Origin: Eledone cirrhosa
Taxonomy: Eukaryota
Direction: 5' to 3'
Length of the DNA stretch: 64,000 bases
NCBI GenBank assembly: GCA_964016885.1
Contig: OZ024743.1
Coordinates: 117,056,001 to 117,120,000, forward strand
This document shows, piece by piece, positions 59,110 through 64,000 of this stretch. Position numbers and translations under genes: made by a program. Below the pieces are notes generated by a model. That model saw only the letters and a program-made list of their open reading frames with translations. It did not search any database and was not told the origin of the DNA. The first letter of the stretch is position 1; every line of letters starts with the position of its first letter.

Positions 59110-59394
59110 GCAGTCATTTAGAGAGGGAAGAGAGACAGAGAGTAAAGCAGTTAAATTATAGAGAGGGTGAAAGAGGGAGAGAGAGAGAGCGAGACGACGC
59201 TCTACTTTATAATATTAGAGAGTGAAGAGCGACAGAGAGAGTAAAGCAGTTAAATTATAGAGAGGGGGAATGATCTATTATAGAGAGAGGGAAGAGCGAT
59301 GGAGAGAGTAAAGCTAAGAAACTATAGGGAGGTGTGTAGGATACATACATAATACATACACATGACACTCAGCTTTATAATATTATAGATAGAT
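59110..59394 (-). mobile_element. Helitron 5' fragment
   Basis: A|TCtatctataatattataaagctgag followed by (GTAT)n; 3' end not seen. Confidence 0.55.
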
Positions 59395-59400
59395 ATAAAC

Positions 59401-59900
59401 GACTAGAACTGTTTCATTCAAAAGAAATCATCAGGAAAGTTGACTGTGATTGTAAAACTGTTGTATTTATCTGTTTGCTGGTATTTGGGGAAGCTGGTGA
59501 TTTTGGGTATGGATAGAAATCATTGACAAGTGAGCGGACATCGGCTATGAAACATCGCTTTTGCCTGTTCCCTTGTCTTTAGATTGGATTCTTTCGGAAA
59601 AGAGGAGTGAATTGGGAGGTTGCTTTGTAGAGTGAAATATTGCGTCTAAACAATGGTCCTGGGTGCAGAACTGGTTTGTAAGGCTTATACGATGCATAGT
59701 TTTTGTGCATGCAGATCAGGCAGTATTCAGAGAGTTTCTTCCGGATCTTGGAAAATAATATCTCGTAGTTCTTTGGGATACATAGGTCACAGTCCTTATA
59801 CCCACCAAAACTCGCTAACATTCCCGGACCAAAGAAAACAGCACGGTCATAGAAGTACAAATTGTATATCTATCAACAAAAGAACCCATTGTTTAGTTTT
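59401..59900 (-). mobile_element. Naiad-like PLE 3' relic with HHR-like pLTR
   Basis: CDLCIPKNYEILF..SE..CMHK; CTGATGA-tttc tttt gaat-GAAA-cag-TT at 59406-59434 (stem I not paired). Confidence 0.65.
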
Positions 59901-60519
59901 CTCAATAGATTACAGAGCAACTGGTAGGTATTATGATTGTTTTTATTGCTTTTGTTTCGAGTGTCAGAATTATGGTTGTATTTGTTGCTGATTGTTGTGC
60001 TAAACGTTATTTTACGGGCATATGTGTAATTTTTTATATTGTAATTTAGAAGAGGTCTATTGCTAGGCGGTTAGAATGCGTGTGTGTGGAGATGTTGTGA
60101 GTGTGTATGTGTATCAGTGGCACTTAATATGCTCGTACATATATGAGTTGGTGCCTGACTACAAGTGTGATTTTGGAAGAGAGATGTGGTGATGATATTT
60201 TGTATTTGTTATGAAAGGGAGAGGTCGTGTTTGTATTTTGGATTTGTTTGTTATTCAACATAGTAGGTTGTCGTGGATGTCTATGTGCTCGGGTCGCTGC
60301 ACGCTTACGAATAGTTATTGTTACATTTCTAATGGAGTACCTGGGTGAGTGTTGTCGTTTTTGTGTTGCAATGTATGTGTATACATGGCTCCGTCTGTGC
60401 AGGTGCTTATGTATGCGCTTGTGCTGTGTATCTATCTTGGCGGGTTTCAGGTAGAGTCACGAAAGTTTTTGCGTATATATTGTGTTGACATTTGGGTGTA
60501 TATGCCAGAGTAGAGGCAT

Positions 60520-61510
60520 GATTGTTTTGTATGTCCGGTGCTCGCACGAAGCCACAAGCGGTGCGGGGCCTGTCGCGGGGTCACTTCTAGCCAATAAATG
60601 AGGCGTCGAACGAGAGTAAGGCCCTAGTAGGATGAACCACATGGAGGCAAACAGCATGTCCGTACCAGCTTATGTAGCTGATTGTTATAAGGCAGGAGGC
60701 TGTGGACTGACGCATGCACGCATGCAACAGTTTGTTTCAAACATGCTGGGACTATCTGATGTTTTCGATCATCCTCAGGGCTCTGTTATCGAAGCGATTG
60801 ATCCTCTTTGCGAGAGGCTTCCTGAGGGGCCACTTTTCTGCACTGGAGAGGACCAGCACGTTGTAAATACGGAGCTTCTTCTTCCGGAAGAAAGAACAGT
60901 GGTTTAAAAGCGGCTTTCATAGAGAGTGCATGACACTGCTGGCCAGGCTATATGTGCAGTTGATCTCATGGGTCAGGCCTCCATTGTTGCTGACTGTCTA
61001 GCCGAAGTAAATGAATTAGCTGACATCCTCCGCGTCGTCAGGGCCAGTATGAAGTGAAAGAGGATCCGGGCCATCACAGACATGCAATAACTTGGTCCTC
61101 ACCCAGTTTCGCTAAAGGCCAAGCTTTGCTGATTCCACCCGGCATATAGACAGTGCCTCCCTGAACTGATGAATCGCGTTGCTGGATAGAGTGGTGTCAT
61201 CCAAGTACTCTGGGTCGGTAAGGTGGTAGTTCCCAAAGGAAACTCGCTGACAGAGCTTGGTCATCAGATAGTCGGTGAAATAGTTGAAGAGACCAGGAGA
61301 CAGTCATGCATCCATGTCTGACCCTGCTATTGATGAGTAACTATTCGGAGTCCTTTCCGTTCAACCACACGTAAATCTCGGCCCTGCTATAGAACGTGTG
61401 GAACAGGATGGTGTTCTATGGAGAAAAATGTCTGCCATTCTTCTCATGATTGAATGGCCACTATCGTCGACCTCAAAGTGGCTTTCGACAAGGTCGACCA
61501 CGCATCCCTT
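60520..61510 (-). mobile_element. RTE LINE fragment
   Basis: KLRIYNVLVL..AEKWPL..RINRFDNRALRMI..WYGHA..PRDRPR. Confidence 0.8.
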
Positions 61511-62086
61511 TGTAAAATAAATACAACACTGACCTAAGAGAAGTGTAAATAAATAAATAAATAAATAGATGAATAAATAAATAAATACATACATAAGCAC
61601 AATAACAACAAACACATATAAACACACACTAGTAAAGATAGAATACATTAACCAATACACAGCCACCCAATCACGAACACACATAAAACAAAACAATATA
61701 CACACACGCAAACGCATGCGCAAAGAAGACAAAACAAAATAAACAAATAAATAAATATATAAACAGACTAAATAAAGATGGCGTAGAAAATACAATGCAA
61801 CGGGAGGAAACAATAGCACCACTGACGATGTTGCAGATGTGCAACGAAAGAACTTTGAAAAACTATATATATGTGTTTGTGTCTATATTGTATCTGTATT
61901 ATTTTTGACCGTTGGTCAGTCAATGGCAACATTGAGGACCGAATAAATTAGATTACCGATATAAAAGAGACAGAAGCGAAAATCGAAAACCAACCAAACA
62001 GTGAGTGTGTTCTGTTATTAATTCTGGCAACATTACACAAATATGACCCCCCCCCCCCCCAGTATAACAATATATATATATATATC

Positions 62087-62125
<39 letters not shown>

Positions 62126-62235
62126 TATTATATGTATATATGTAAATATGTATACGTACATACATATATGTTAACAGACGTACAGTAGTATGTATATACA
62201 TACATACATGCACACATATATATATGTACGTATGG

Positions 62236-62348
62236 GTTTACCGAACATTTATTATAACGCACGGTTTGTTTTGCCGAACACTGTACGGCTTAATTCGGGC
62301 TGTTTGTTTACAAACAAACCGAACATTATAATAAATGTTCGGTAAACA
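62236..62348. mobile_element. MITE-like hairpin
   Basis: gtttaccgaacatttattataa / ttataataaatgttcggtaaac terminal inverted repeats. Confidence 0.6.
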
Positions 62349-62368
62349 CATACGTATACACACACACT

Positions 62369-62455
<87 letters not shown>

Positions 62456-62572
62456 GTGCATGTATGTATGTACGTCTGTATACATATATGTATGTATTTA
62501 TACATACTTACATTTAAGTATCAGCCGTACTAAGAGTGAGAAATGGAATTTCATTTTTACCATTTATATATA

Positions 62573-62927
62573 CTAGCTGACGTACCCACTTTCGCCCGGG
62601 TAAATAGATAAGAGAAGACAGGTAAAAGAGAAAATGACTGTATTGGATTTTTGTCTGGTTACAGTATGAGGCGAGTCCGTGGTGTCTGTGTAATACAAAA
62701 AACAATAAAAAAAACTTCTAGATATACCAGATTCTTCGTTGTACCGTTTGTTGATAGTATATGAACAATTCTAGGTGCTCCCACCTAGAATAGTGACCTC
62801 TAGGAGATGGTTAATCTTCCTCCTGACTGTAAAACGTGTATCATTGCGTAGACGTGGTTGTTTCACGTTTCTCAAAAGGATGATAGAAGTTCAAATCTTT
62901 TATATTATATGTAGATATAGATATAGA
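62573..62927 (-). mobile_element. Non-autonomous Helitron
   Basis: A|TCtatatc start; cccgggcgaaagtgggtacgtcagCTAG|T end. Confidence 0.85.
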
Positions 62928-63340
62928 TAATTAGTATAAAAGATGATGCTCAGCCAGTTCGTCTTCAACCATCGCAGCACGCCGTCGCTGCTTGGCTCCA
63001 GTGTTTCGTTGGCGTTGTTTCATTCATGGCAGCACGTCTTCGCCTCTGAAGTTCGGCGTTCCGATGGCATTGTTCTGCCCGTCGCCGCTGTAGTTCACTG
63101 TTTGATAAAGTCGAATTGCTTTTACTTTCTGTGGAACGCTACACGCACGCACACACACATAAACATACGCTCACGTACATACTCTCCCCTCTCACTCCCT
63201 CATATGGATTATGCATATTCATTTAAGTTTGGCGTCGTTGAGGTGGGCGGAGTCGTTTGAAACCTATGAACCAATGATAATCGAGAATTATGACACAGGG
63301 AATAATGACATTGTTGAAATTAATATATAGAGATATATAT

Positions 63341-63902
63341 TAGAATTGGTGCTCTGAAATAGCGATGTATATATGAATGTATATATAGTGTATTTGGTAA
63401 TACACCTTATGCTTAATTAAAAGCATTTTGAAACCTTACGCTATTGTTTTAAAGTAGTGACTATGTCACTTACTTCTTTTTTCAACAAACAAAAGGAGAT
63501 AAGCTGACAGATATCTGTTTCATACTGTTGGTATTCTTCAGAGCTTCGCACTCCTCTTGTTTGTTGAAAATTATGAATGTTGGATTCTTATAGAATTCTA
63601 GTAATAATCATGAACTGATTATACAGAGCGGTTGCCGGTCCAGCGAAAATTGAAAATTAGAATTGGTGATCTGAAATAACGATGTGTATATGAATGCATA
63701 TATAGTGTATTTGGTAATACACTGTATGCTTAATTAAAAGCATTCTGAAGACCTTACGCTATTGTTTTAAAGTAGTGACTATATCACATACATCTTTTTT
63801 CAACAAACAAAGGGAGAGTCACTACTTTAATACAACAGCGTAAGCTCTTCAAAATGCTTTTACTTAAGCATACATTGTATTACCAAATACACTGTATATA
63901 CA

Positions 63903-63912
<10 letters not shown>
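63341..63912 (-). mobile_element. Non-coding retrozyme-like element (317-bp unit, 1.5 copies plus inversion)
   Basis: 63341-63499 repeated at 63658-63817, inverted copy 63818-63912, TA flanks, HHR inside. Confidence 0.85.
63501..63546 (-). ncRNA. Canonical type I hammerhead ribozyme
   Basis: aagct-CTGAAGA-atac caaca gtat-GAAA-cagatatctg-TC-agctt; all stems pair, GUC site. Confidence 0.9.
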
Positions 63913-63958
<46 letters not shown>

Positions 63959-64000
63959 CAAAGGGATATTTAAATTGTTGGTAATTCAACAAATATATAT

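Overview
Eukaryotic, AT-rich, microsatellite-saturated non-genic DNA with one 200-N gap. The SINE types suggest a cephalopod mollusc (inference). No host gene can be supported, and almost all listed ORFs are translations of simple repeats. The window is a mosaic of decayed mobile elements: a ~5.6 kb Rep-Helicase Helitron pseudogene plus several non-autonomous Helitrons (three stacked head-to-tail); RTE, Tx1/L1, Dong/R4 and CRE-type LINE fragments; mariner relics; and many tRNA-derived SINEs. The most interesting layer is not in the ORF track. More than a dozen type I hammerhead ribozyme (HHR) motifs, intact or decayed, sit in short elements inserted at (TA)n tracts. These include Naiad-like Penelope-like element (PLE) fragments, long near-perfect hairpins (inverted pLTRs) and two non-coding retrozyme-like partial tandems (~317 and ~632 bp units). 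Several unrelated families carry the compensatory U3-A8 core (TTGANAA instead of CTGANGA). Several also share a TTGAGTRC motif about 15-22 nt beyond the 3' insertion terminus. All folding was done by eye and none of the ribozymes is proven active.
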